Shown: positions 1-8,366, counted from the stretch's first letter. The stretch is DNA of 64,000 nucleotides from an uncultured Solirubrobacterales bacterium (GCA_963776185.1 CAVZLM010000003.1:198105-262104), one strand, 5' to 3'. The notes: generated by a model not told the origin, from the sequence alone. A program made the numbers and translations.

Positions 1-461
1 ACTTCGGCGGAAAGGCCGAGCTCATAGCCGAGGCACTGCGCGTAAGCGCCGACGCGGACGTCGAGCGCTACGAAACGGCGCTCGAGTCCGGCGGGAAGGA
101 CCCACGTCAACGGTTGCTCGCGGTCTTCGATGTGTTGCAGGCAACCACGGAGTCCGAGCGCTTCCACGGCTGCCGCTACACCGCGGCGGAGCTGTCGCTC
201 GTCGACCCCGACCATCCGGCCCACATCCAGACCCGCGCTTACAAGGACCGCCTGCACGCCCTGTTCACGAGCGAGCTGGCAGCGCTCGGCCACCCCCACC
301 CCGAGCACGCCGCCGACCAGCTCCTGCTCTTGATCGACGGTGTACTCGTCGGTGCCGTAACGCGGCCCGAGACGCACCCCGCCAAGGCCGCACGCGAGAT
401 GGCCGAAAGAGTCCTCGACGCCGCCCCGGCGGACGCTGCCCTCGCTGCGGAGGCGACCTAG
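1..461 (+). CDS. TetR/AcrR-family regulator, C-terminal domain only (5' end outside window)
   Basis: Frame 3 is open from the window edge to TAG 459-461, and ORF-track 114..461 is its tail. The translation FGGKAELIAEALRVSADADVERYE...ADQLLLLIDGVLVGAVTR is an all-helical TetR_C-like sequence. The call is by resemblance only. Confidence 0.5.
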   Translation, partial: FGGKAELIAEALRVSADADVERYETALESGGKDPRQRLLAVFDVLQATTESERFHGCRYTAAELSLVDPDHPAHIQTRAYKDRLHALFTSELAALGHPHPEHAADQLLLLIDGVLVGAVTRPETHPAKAAREMAERVLDAAPADAALAAEAT

Positions 462-623
462 GTTGCGCGTCGCAGGTCAGACGGCGTGACCAGGACACCC
501 TCTGCGGCCGCACGAGTCTCGCCGCACGAAGTGGTCCAGGCAGGCAATCCACCGGCGCCGACAAAGCCATTCCAGCCGTTGATCGAGGCGATCGGGAACC
601 CGTGCTGATCCAGCGGCTCCCGC

Positions 624-804
624 TCGAGAGATGCGGCGGCTCGTCCTTGGCGAGCGCCGCCTGCGCGAGACCGGATTCGTCGCGCACGATGAGGAACTGC
701 ATCCGTTTTTGATCGCGCAGCGCGTTGACCCAGCCGCGAACGGTGCCCGGCTCGCCGACCTTCTCGTGCAGGTCTGCTGTGAGCGTCCTCTCTCCATTAC
801 CCAA
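624..804 (-). pseudogene. Remnant of a class IIb aminoacyl-tRNA synthetase (AspRS/AsnRS-type) N-terminal OB-fold
   Basis: It lies inside ORF-track 265..939(-). GNGERTLTADLHEKVGEPGTVRGWVNALRDQKRMQFLIVRDESGLAQAAL fits the GWV..R..G...F..LRD..G..Q anticodon-binding OB-fold pattern. Similarity ends after ~55 aa, no catalytic core follows, and the downstream frames are broken. Confidence 0.35.
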
Positions 805-862
805 GCACCCTGTCCGGGCAACGTCTGCGGAGGTCGGGGCAGGACGCGCCAACCGGGTTGAG

Positions 863-3559
863 TTATGGCCGATCGCGCTCGTCGGCGAACTCAACCTCGA
901 CGGACAGCTCCACGTCCTCTTCGGTGTCCAGCCGTGCAATCGAGCCGGCGGCCGTGAGGTCGTCCTGCCCGAGCGCGAGCGCGGCTAGGCGCTCGGTGGT
1001 ATCGCAGACGAGCACGCGCTCGACGGGCGCTCGCATAGGCGCGCGCGCGTTGGACTTGGCCTTGCGCACTTCGCGCAGCACGTCCGCGGTGACCTCCAGC
1101 GCGAGATCCTCGTTGGCGGCACCGTCATTCGCCGCGCCGGCGGTGGCGAACATCTGCGCGAGCTGCGCGGCGTCCGGCCAGAGCGCGCGGTGGATGGAGC
1201 CGGCCTGCCACCACGACCAGACCTCCTCGCTGACGAACGGCAGGAACGGCGCGAAGAGGCGCTGGAGGACCGACAGGGAGGTGCGCAGGGCGAGGCTGAC
1301 GGGGGCGCTGACGCGCGGGTCGGGGTCGTAGCGGCGGCCCTTGACGAGCTCGACGTAGTAGTCGCAGTACCACCAGAAGAAGCGCTCGGCGCGCTCGAGC
1401 GCGCGAGCGTAGTCGTAGCGGTCGAAGCTGTCGGTGGCGCCGATGACAACGTCGGCGAGGCGGGCGATGAGCGCACGATCGAGCGGATGCTCGAGCGCGT
1501 CGCCTGGCGCGGGCAGGCCGGCGAGCGCGAACTTGGAGGCGTTGAGCAGCTTGATGGCCAGCCGCCGGCCGTCCTTCATCTGCTTGACGTCGAAGGCGGT
1601 GTCGGTGCCGGGGCGCCCGCAGGCGGCCCAGTAGCGCGCGGCGTCGGCGCCGTACTCTTGAAGTAGGCGCATGGGCGTGACGACGTTGCCCTTGGACTTG
1701 GACATCTTCTTGCGGTCCGGGTCGAGCACCCAGCCGGAGATGGCGGCGTGGGCCCAGGGCAGCACATCGTGGTCGAGGTGCGAGCGCAGGACGGTTGTGA
1801 ACAGCCAGGTGCGTATGATGTCGTGGGCCTGGGGGCGCAGGTCCATGGGGAAGACCTTCGCGAACAGCCCCTCGGGGAGCCCGTCGAGCCCACTCTGGCC
1901 GCCCACCTGCGGCGTGAGCGAGGAGGTTGCCCAGGTGTCCATCACGTCCGGGTCGCCGACGAAACCGCCGGGCTGCCCGCGCTGGGCCGCGTCGTAGCCG
2001 TCAGGCACGTCCGTGGAGGGGTCCACGGGCAGGCGCTCGACGGTGGGCGTGAGCGGCTGGTCGTACAGCACCGCACCGGTCTCATCGAGCCGATACCACA
2101 CGGGAAACGGCACGCCGAAGAAGCGCTGGCGGCTGACGCACCAGTCGCCGTTGAGCCCGTTGACCCAGTCCTCGAAGCGCGCGCGCATGTAGGACGGGTG
2201 CCAGTGCAGCTGACGGCCGCGCTCGATCAGCTGCGCGCGGTGCTCGCGCGTGCGGATGAACCACTGGCGGCTGGTGACGATCTCGACCGGGCGCTCGCCC
2301 TTCTCGAAGAACTTGACCGCACGGTTGACTGGCTGTGGCTCGCCGATCAGATCGCCGGACTCGGTGAGCAGCTCGACCATGCGCCTGCGTGCCTGGTTGA
2401 TCGTACTGCCGGTCAGCTCCCCGTAGCTCCTGCGCGCGCGCTCGGGGTCGACGGACTCCCACCCGGGTGCGCCCCAGGGGACGTCCAGCAGGCGCCCGTC
2501 GGCGCCTAGCACCGCCCGCACAGGCAGGCCGAGCTCGCGCCACCACGTGACGTCGGTGAGGTCGCCGAACGTGCACACCATCACGAGGCCAGTGCCCTTG
2601 TCGCGCTCGACCTGCTCGTGGGTGAGCACGGGCACGCGCGTGCCGAACAGCGGCGTGAGCACGTCGGTGCCGACGAGTGCGCGGTGGCGCTCGTCCTCAG
2701 GGTGTGCGAGTAGCGCCACACACGCGGCGATGAGCTCGGGGCGGGTGGTCTCGATGAGAGCCTCCGCTCCGGGGGTGCTGCGGCTGGGCGGCGTTCGCAG
2801 TTGCTCACCATTGCCGGCGGGACCGCCGGGCGCGAAGCGCACGCGGTGCATCGCACCGGGACGCTCGCGGTCCTCGAGCTCGGCCTGGGCGACGGCGGTC
2901 TGGAAGTCGACGTCCCACAGCGTGGGCGCCTCCAGCTGGTAGGCCTGCCCACGGTCGAGCAGACCGAGGAAGGAGCGCTGGGATATGCGCTGGGCGAGCT
3001 TGCCGATGGTGGTGTAGGTCATCGACCAGTCGACCGACAGCCCGAGCGTGCGCCAAAGCTGCTCGAAGGCCCGCTCGTCGCTCTCGGTCAGCGTCAGGCA
3101 CAGCTCGACGAAGTTGGGGCGCGAGATCGAGACGGGCTCCTTCTCGGAAGGATCCACCGGCGGGGTGAAACTCGGGTTGTAGGGGACGGCCGGGTCGCAG
3201 CGGACGCCGTAGTGATTCTGCACGCGCCGCTCGGTCGGCAGGCCGTTGTCATCCCAGCCCATCGGGTAGAAGACCTCTTTGCCGCACATGCGCTGGTAGC
3301 GGGCGATGGTGTCGGTGTGGGTGAAGGAGAACACGTGCCCGACGTGCAGCGAACCGCTGACCGTCGGCGGTGGTGTGTCGATCGAGTAGATGCGCTCGCG
3401 CGGCGCGGAGGGATCGAAGCTGTAGATCCCCTCTCGCTCCCACAGCTCGCCCCACTTCGCCTCCAGGCCCTCGAGGCTGGGGCGCTCGGGCACACGCGCA
3501 TCCGCACCCGCCAGCCCATCGGGGTCGCTCTCGCTCGAGGATGTCTGAAGCTGAGTCAA
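863..3559 (-). CDS. valS: Valine--tRNA ligase
   Basis: 898 aa. It has the class I HIGH motif (SGSLHVGHVFS) and the KMSKS motif (KKMSKSKGNVV). PPTVSGSLHVGH...FYPMGWDDNGLPTERRVQN is typical of actinobacterial-type ValRS. Confidence 0.93.
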   Translation of the reverse strand: MTQLQTSSSESDPDGLAGADARVPERPSLEGLEAKWGELWEREGIYSFDPSAPRERIYSIDTPPPTVSGSLHVGHVFSFTHTDTIARYQRMCGKEVFYPMGWDDNGLPTERRVQNHYGVRCDPAVPYNPSFTPPVDPSEKEPVSISRPNFVELCLTLTESDERAFEQLWRTLGLSVDWSMTYTTIGKLAQRISQRSFLGLLDRGQAYQLEAPTLWDVDFQTAVAQAELEDRERPGAMHRVRFAPGGPAGNGEQLRTPPSRSTPGAEALIETTRPELIAACVALLAHPEDERHRALVGTDVLTPLFGTRVPVLTHEQVERDKGTGLVMVCTFGDLTDVTWWRELGLPVRAVLGADGRLLDVPWGAPGWESVDPERARRSYGELTGSTINQARRRMVELLTESGDLIGEPQPVNRAVKFFEKGERPVEIVTSRQWFIRTREHRAQLIERGRQLHWHPSYMRARFEDWVNGLNGDWCVSRQRFFGVPFPVWYRLDETGAVLYDQPLTPTVERLPVDPSTDVPDGYDAAQRGQPGGFVGDPDVMDTWATSSLTPQVGGQSGLDGLPEGLFAKVFPMDLRPQAHDIIRTWLFTTVLRSHLDHDVLPWAHAAISGWVLDPDRKKMSKSKGNVVTPMRLLQEYGADAARYWAACGRPGTDTAFDVKQMKDGRRLAIKLLNASKFALAGLPAPGDALEHPLDRALIARLADVVIGATDSFDRYDYARALERAERFFWWYCDYYVELVKGRRYDPDPRVSAPVSLALRTSLSVLQRLFAPFLPFVSEEVWSWWQAGSIHRALWPDAAQLAQMFATAGAANDGAANEDLALEVTADVLREVRKAKSNARAPMRAPVERVLVCDTTERLAALALGQDDLTAAGSIARLDTEEDVELSVEVEFADERDRP

Positions 3560-3581
3560 GGCCGCTGATCGTACCCTGACA

Positions 3582-4358
3582 TCAGCTCATTTCGACGTAC
3601 CCGGTGGCTTCGGTCGGCGTGCGCACGTTTGCCGCGACCTTGTTTTCGTAGTTGCCCTCGATCGTCTGGATCTGCCCGTTTGCCAACACGTCCCTGACGA
3701 TGCCCACGTGTTCGTCGCCGAAGACGATCAGATCGCCAGGCTTCGGCACCACGCCCGGCCCGTTGACGATCGCGCGTCCCGTGCTCTGCGCCCACGACCA
3801 CACCTCCGAGACCGCCCCCGCGCCCTGACCGTCTTCGCCGATCGGCTCACCGGCCTGCCGGGCGACCCATGAGGCGAAGTAGGCGCACCATGGCGCACCC
3901 GGGATCGCGCCGGCCGTCGCGGTGCGGTACTGGGCGATCGCCGGCGATTCGTTTGACCCCGGCGGTTGCTCGGTCTGACCGAGCTGGCCTTCGGCGACCG
4001 CCACGATCTCACTTCCAGTCCCGCCGGCCGGGAGCCCGGAGGACCCAGCGACCCCATCGATGCTCTGCAGCGGGTAGGCGCCGGCGCCGAGACCAGAACT
4101 GAAGGCCGGGGAGTTGAGGCTGGCGGCGGTAGCGCCGGCCGGCGGGGTGCCCAGTTCAGTGCTCGTGGGCGTCGCCGCCGCGTTGGAGGTTCCATAAGCG
4201 CCACTGGCCTGTTCCAGAACGCTGGCGAAAGAGGAGAAGCCGCTACCGCCAGCTTGCGCCGGGGCTTCGGTGCCACCGCTCGAGGCGATCAACGTCGCGG
4301 GGTCGAGCATCGTCTGGCGGATGGCGGCGATTTGCTCGAGGGTGGATTCGATCGACAT
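3582..4358 (-). CDS. Signal-peptide-less CHAP-domain peptidoglycan hydrolase (candidate flagellar/sigma-28 autolysin)
   Basis: The C-terminal sequence PWCAYFASWVARQAG...PGDLIVFGDEHVGIV...TIEGNYEN shows the Cys/His CHAP pattern. The N-terminal ~170 aa are Ala/Gly/Ser-rich with no hydrophobic signal. The start is placed at ATG 4358 (MSIESTLEQ); the ORF-track N-extension to 4514 is Arg/Gly junk. Confidence 0.75.
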   Translation of the reverse strand: MSIESTLEQIAAIRQTMLDPATLIASSGGTEAPAQAGGSGFSSFASVLEQASGAYGTSNAAATPTSTELGTPPAGATAASLNSPAFSSGLGAGAYPLQSIDGVAGSSGLPAGGTGSEIVAVAEGQLGQTEQPPGSNESPAIAQYRTATAGAIPGAPWCAYFASWVARQAGEPIGEDGQGAGAVSEVWSWAQSTGRAIVNGPGVVPKPGDLIVFGDEHVGIVRDVLANGQIQTIEGNYENKVAANVRTPTEATGYVEMS

Positions 4359-4368
4359 CTCCCCCCGG

Positions 4369-4395
4369 TAATCGGCAGCACTTGGCTGGCGTTGA
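4369..4395 (-). promoter_or_regulatory. Sigma-28-type promoter candidate upstream of the CHAP gene
   Basis: Minus strand reads TCAACGCC-N11-GCCGATTA. The -10 box ends 10 nt before ATG 4358. Confidence 0.4.
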
Positions 4396-4520
4396 GGGGC
4401 AAAAAGTCGGGGCGGGCAGCCGTAACCACCCGCCCCGTTCGCGCCGTTCCCTCGATGAATCGGCGGATGTGCCTTCGAGAGCCTTTCCCGGACCCCGCGA
4501 AGATTTGGCCGCATCCTGTC

Positions 4521-4549
4521 GCCCGGGCCGGTTTGTGACCGGCCCGGCG
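4521..4549 (-). terminator. GC-rich hairpin downstream of fliC (second of two)
   Basis: GCCCGGGCCGG-TTTGTGA-CCGGCCCGGC is a perfect 9-10 bp inverted repeat. No U-tract follows, so it is an I-shaped terminator candidate. Confidence 0.4.
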
Positions 4550-4574
4550 ATCAGAACGCGGGCTTCACCGTAGT

Positions 4575-4596
4575 GGTGGCGACCGCAGCCGCCACC
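4575..4596 (-). terminator. Hairpin immediately downstream of the fliC stop
   Basis: GGTGGCG-N8-CGCCACC forms a 7-bp stem about 20 nt after TAG 4618-4620. No U-tract follows. Confidence 0.4.
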
Positions 4597-4617
4597 CCAC
4601 AGCTAGGTGTTTTGTTC

Positions 4618-5409
4618 CTACTGGCCGGTGACGAGTTTCAGAACTGTCTGTGGCAGCGCGTTGGCCTGCGAGAGAATCGACACACCAGCCTGCTGGAGCA
4701 CCTGCTCCTTGGTGAAGTTCGTCATTTCCGCAGCCATGTTCGCGTCCACGATCCCGCTGACAGCGGAGGACAGGTTCTGGCTATAGACTTCGAGGTTGCT
4801 CTGCGTGTATTGAATGCGGTCCTGCACCGAACCGTATTCGCCGGCCGCCGCGGAGACCTTGTTGATCGCTTCGTCGATGCCCGTGATGTTGGCGAGGCTG
4901 ATCGTGCCGACCGAGGTCGACAGTGTGATCGTTTTGACGGCGATGGTTTCGCCGCCGTTCGCACCAACCTGGAAGGTGATCGTCGCGCCCCCGTTGAGCA
5001 GGGCAACGCCGTTGAACTTGGTCGTTTCACCGACACGGTCGATCTCGGACACCAGCTGGTTGACCTCAGACTGAATTGCTTCCTGGTCAGACGTGGAGGT
5101 CGTGCCGTTGGCGTACTGCACGGCGAGCTCGCGGATGCGCTGAAGCATCTGCGTGACGTCGTTGATCGAGCCCTCAGCCGTCTGCGTCAGTGCGACCGCA
5201 TCCTGGATGTTCTGGCCCGCCTGGTTGAGGCCGTTGACCTGGCCCTGGAGGCGCTGGCTGATGGCGTAGCCGGCGACATCGTCGGCGGCTGAGTTGATGC
5301 GCAGGCCCGAAGACAGCCTCTGCATCGACGTGGACAGCATGCTTTCTGTGTTGTTCAGGTTCCTCTGGGCATTCATCGCCTCGAGGTTTGTATTGATCGA
5401 TAGGGACAT
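4618..5409 (-). CDS. fliC: Flagellin
   Basis: MSLSINTNLEAMNAQRNLNNTESMLSTSMQRLSSGLRINSAADDVAGYAISQRL is the flagellin N-domain, and the C-terminal ...LQQAGVSILSQANALPQTVLKLV is conserved. The start is ATG 5409, preceded by AAGGAG. 263 aa. Confidence 0.96.
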   Translation of the reverse strand: MSLSINTNLEAMNAQRNLNNTESMLSTSMQRLSSGLRINSAADDVAGYAISQRLQGQVNGLNQAGQNIQDAVALTQTAEGSINDVTQMLQRIRELAVQYANGTTSTSDQEAIQSEVNQLVSEIDRVGETTKFNGVALLNGGATITFQVGANGGETIAVKTITLSTSVGTISLANITGIDEAINKVSAAAGEYGSVQDRIQYTQSNLEVYSQNLSSAVSGIVDANMAAEMTNFTKEQVLQQAGVSILSQANALPQTVLKLVTGQ

Positions 5410-5476
5410 GCGTTCATCTCCTTGATGACGGTTTGTTGATCGGTCCCGAGCCGACTCCATGTCGACTCATGCCGGT

Positions 5477-5503
5477 ATATCGCCAGCACACGGGGAAACT
5501 TGA
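5477..5503 (-). promoter_or_regulatory. Sigma-28-type promoter of fliC
   Basis: Minus strand reads TCAAGTTT-N11-GGCGATAT, compared with the consensus TAAAGTTT-N11-GCCGATAA. The leader to ATG 5409 is about 60 nt. Confidence 0.6.
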
Positions 5504-5603
5504 GGATGTTTTCTCCTTGCCAGAGAGATTCCTCCCAAGAGCAAGATTTCCTGCACGCCCGGGATGTTTTTTGCGGGCCGCGATCGGACAGGGCGGGCGG
5601 CGT

Positions 5604-5816
5604 TTAGACGCGCACGTCGATGTGCGGGTTGCCCTCGTCGTCGCGGTAGCTCTGCCCCGGCTGCGCTTCGCGTTTTGCGTCGCGACGCGCCTGCTGCTGG
5701 CGCTGCTTGGAGGGTCGATCGCGCTCACGGCTGATGCGCTCGAGCCGCTCGACCGGCGCAGGCCCCACCGGAGGTATCGCTGGCGGGCCTGGCGCGAGTG
5801 GATGGATTGGGTCCAT
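5604..5816 (-). CDS. Small hypothetical protein (70 aa; Pro-rich N-terminus, highly charged C-terminus)
   Basis: ATG 5816 to TAA 5604. Third-position GC is high over the last two-thirds. It sits between the pilZ-linked membrane ORF and the fliC promoter. The C-terminal GNPHIDVRV faintly recalls the ...G.nIDi.v end of YjfB-type motility proteins (weak). Confidence 0.4.
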   Translation of the reverse strand: MDPIHPLAPGPPAIPPVGPAPVERLERISRERDRPSKQRQQQARRDAKREAQPGQSYRDDEGNPHIDVRV

Positions 5817-5831
5817 CGCCGGCTGTGAGCC

Positions 5832-6341
5832 TCAGGAGACCCTCGCCCGGCTCTGCTCGGCGGACGGCACCGAGGCAGCGGGCAACTGGGATTGTGCGTG
5901 TGTGACGAGCTTCTGCTCTCTGCCCTTGAGCTCGAGTATCACCAGACGACGCCAGATGAACACGGCCGCGGCCCAGGCAACGAGGTAGCAAACCACTCCG
6001 GCCTCGAGCGCGCGCAGGGCGGTACCGGCGAACGTGCTGGTGGGCAGCGAGAGGTAGCCGCCGAGCAAAAAGCCGCCCAGACCACCCCATCCCTTCGAGC
6101 GCGCGACCGCGCGTGCCGCACGCGGGTGCGCCGCGACGCTCGGTCCCTGCGCCCCGGCTCCGTCGTCCGCGTCGCTCTTTTGGCCCTTCTTCTGCTTGCC
6201 CTTGGCATCCTTCTCCTTACCCTTCACGGCCGCGGCTTTCACAGCGGGCTCGACGGCCACGACCGCGGTCGGCGCCGGGGGATCGGGATCGATCTGGGGT
6301 TGGACTTCAGTCGCCACGGGCGTCGCCCACCTCCAGGCCAC
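5832..6341 (-). CDS. Hypothetical membrane protein (Lys-rich N-terminus, two predicted TM helices)
   Basis: The hydrophobic segments are GWGGLGGFLLGGYLSL and GVVCYLVAWAAAVFIW. The start is uncertain: GTG 6341, or GTG 6317 preceded by GGAGG. It overlaps the 3' end of pilZ. Confidence 0.45.
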   Translation of the reverse strand: MAWRWATPVATEVQPQIDPDPPAPTAVVAVEPAVKAAAVKGKEKDAKGKQKKGQKSDADDGAGAQGPSVAAHPRAARAVARSKGWGGLGGFLLGGYLSLPTSTFAGTALRALEAGVVCYLVAWAAAVFIWRRLVILELKGREQKLVTHAQSQLPAASVPSAEQSRARVS

Positions 6342-6963
6342 GACGTCGCTCGGCGCGCTGGCACTCGAATATGAACTTGACCAGACGGCGGCGGTCGAGG
6401 TCTGAGATCTTGCTGAATGAGATCGCCCGGTGGCCTTTGACGTCGCTGCGCACGACCGCGCCCACCCCCACGATCGGCGCGCTGGCGGAATCGAGCGTCA
6501 GCTGGAACTGAACCTCCTCGCCGATCTCGAGCATGTCGGGCCCGGCGATCAGCAGACCGCCGCCAGAGAGATCGACCGTGTAGCTCTGGACCGGCAGGTT
6601 GTTGGCGCCGAGATAGACGAGCACCGGCCGGTTGGCCCTGACGCGCACATACTCCCGCTGCTGGAGGACTTCGGGCGAGTGCAGTTCGCTGAACCGCAGC
6701 AGGTCGCGGTCCTCGACGGTGACCGTCCCACACAGCCGCACCAGGCCGCGGGGGCTGGGAAACTCGAGGACGAGCTTCTCCAGCTCGCTCTCACTCAGCG
6801 GCTCGATCGGGAACATGATCAGCACCACGAGCATGTTGGGGCCTCGCTCCGCGACCCGCGCGGGGATCTGTTCTCCCCCGCTGCGCAGCAGCGTCACGAC
6901 CTCCGATCGCTGTGGCAGAACGATCGGCTTGGCCGCCTGGCTCTTTCCCCGCCCGAGCTTCAT
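6307..6963 (-). CDS. YcgR-like PilZ-domain protein (c-di-GMP receptor, candidate flagellar brake/clutch)
   Basis: The RxxxR motif (QQREYVRVR) is followed about 30 aa later by D-x-S-x-x-G (DLSGGG), and a PilZN-like N-domain is present. ATG 6963 overlaps the flhF stop (ATGA). Confidence 0.8.
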   Translation of the reverse strand: MKLGRGKSQAAKPIVLPQRSEVVTLLRSGGEQIPARVAERGPNMLVVLIMFPIEPLSESELEKLVLEFPSPRGLVRLCGTVTVEDRDLLRFSELHSPEVLQQREYVRVRANRPVLVYLGANNLPVQSYTVDLSGGGLLIAGPDMLEIGEEVQFQLTLDSASAPIVGVGAVVRSDVKGHRAISFSKISDLDRRRLVKFIFECQRAERRRGLEVGDARGD

Positions 6964-8366
6964 TGCAATAGTTTCGCGGCCAGCCCAGTCGGATCGATGC
7001 GGCTCAGCCGCCATCCGCCGGAGCGGGCGCGATCGAGCATGTATTCGGGCGCGAGGCGAAATCTGCAGGCGGCCTCGACGACGACGCCGATCTGGTCGGT
7101 CTCATCGGCGTGGGTCACCGCCAGCGCGGTGGCCCCGAGCGGCGCGAGCGCTCCCAGCAGTTGCGCGGCCGCCGTCGCGCCGAGCGTGGCGGGGAGCGCC
7201 ACCACGACCCGCTCGGGCTGAAGCTCGGCCAGCAACGCCGAGAGCTTGCGGATGCCCGAGCGATCGCCGGGTGAGAGCGGTGGCGTGTCGATTACGAGCA
7301 GGCCCTCGCTCCTGGCTTTGCTCAATGCCCGGATCGCGCGAGAGGTGTCGATCGGTGTCGGGCGCATGACATGCGGGCTCAGCAGCATCTGCAGCTCACC
7401 CCGCTCTCCCGCCCGAATCAGCGTGGCGCAGTTCGCCGGCAGCATCGCGCTTCTGCGGTAGGCGCCCAGCAGCGCCGCGCAGCAACTCGTCTTGCCGGCG
7501 CCACCGGGGCCGACCAGCGTGATCGCCGCTCCGCGCGCGGGCAGCGGCGCCACGACCGGTATCTGTTGCGCGAGCGTGCTCCGCACCGCGGCGAGCAGAC
7601 CGGCGCGCGGCGCGAGCGGCAGGACATGGGCGGCGGCCATGTCGATCAGATCGTCGGCGAACTGCTCTGAGATCCCGTAGCCGAGCAGCTTCTGCGTAAT
7701 GTTCGCGTGCGTGCGCCCGCGAACATTACGCGCGCGAAGCTCGCCCCCCAGCGGCCGTCGCGGGGCGCCACGGCTTTGCGCCTCTTCCAGCGCGGTGGCC
7801 AGCGAGTCAGAGAAATCGATCGGCTCGAGCTCCTGGAAGTCCGGCGAGCGCCGTTTGGCCATCGGCGGCCGCGCGGGCTCGACGCGCGGCGGGCCTGCTC
7901 GTGCGAGTTCCGCGAGACGCTCGCTGACGCTCTCTGAGCTGGGGCGCGAGGGCTCGCGTGAATAAAACGGCGCGGCGGTCGGTCGCGGCGCGGGGCCGGC
8001 ATCCCGTGTGGCGCTCTGCGGTGGCGCGGCGGGAGGCTCGAGCGGTTCGTCATAGACGTCCAGGCGCGCGCTCCGGGGGATCGCTTGCACCTCGAGGATC
8101 TCGGTCTTGAAGAACCCGTGCCAGCCACCGACGTGCCCTTCGCGTTCGCGCAGGATGATCGCGTCCTCGCCCAACTCCCGCCTGACGCTGGCACGCACTT
8201 TCCTGGTCCGCCCACGGTAGGTGCGAGCGACGGCCGCGGGGTCCTGGGGAGCGGCCCCGGTAGTCGGCGGCGATGTGTCACGTGGCGTGTCAGACAAGGC
8301 GGGAAGATCCTTCAATCTGGAGAGTTCCGGCGCGGGCGGCTTCTCGGCGAGCGGGACTCTGCTCAT
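6960..8366 (-). CDS. flhF: Flagellar biosynthesis SRP-type GTPase FlhF
   Basis: It has the P-loop LVGPGGAGKTSCCAALL, LLVIDTPPLSPGD, and the N-terminal RELGEDAIILREREGHVGGW..FFKTEILEVQA. It lies directly after flhA. Confidence 0.85.
   Translation of the reverse strand: MSRVPLAEKPPAPELSRLKDLPALSDTPRDTSPPTTGAAPQDPAAVARTYRGRTRKVRASVRRELGEDAIILREREGHVGGWHGFFKTEILEVQAIPRSARLDVYDEPLEPPAAPPQSATRDAGPAPRPTAAPFYSREPSRPSSESVSERLAELARAGPPRVEPARPPMAKRRSPDFQELEPIDFSDSLATALEEAQSRGAPRRPLGGELRARNVRGRTHANITQKLLGYGISEQFADDLIDMAAAHVLPLAPRAGLLAAVRSTLAQQIPVVAPLPARGAAITLVGPGGAGKTSCCAALLGAYRRSAMLPANCATLIRAGERGELQMLLSPHVMRPTPIDTSRAIRALSKARSEGLLVIDTPPLSPGDRSGIRKLSALLAELQPERVVVALPATLGATAAAQLLGALAPLGATALAVTHADETDQIGVVVEAACRFRLAPEYMLDRARSGGWRLSRIDPTGLAAKLLQ

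Noticed and set aside
5508-5521. GGCAAGGAGAAAAC as an upstream CsrA site for fliC
   Set aside because: It lies upstream of the predicted -35 element (5496-5503), so it would not be part of the fliC transcript.
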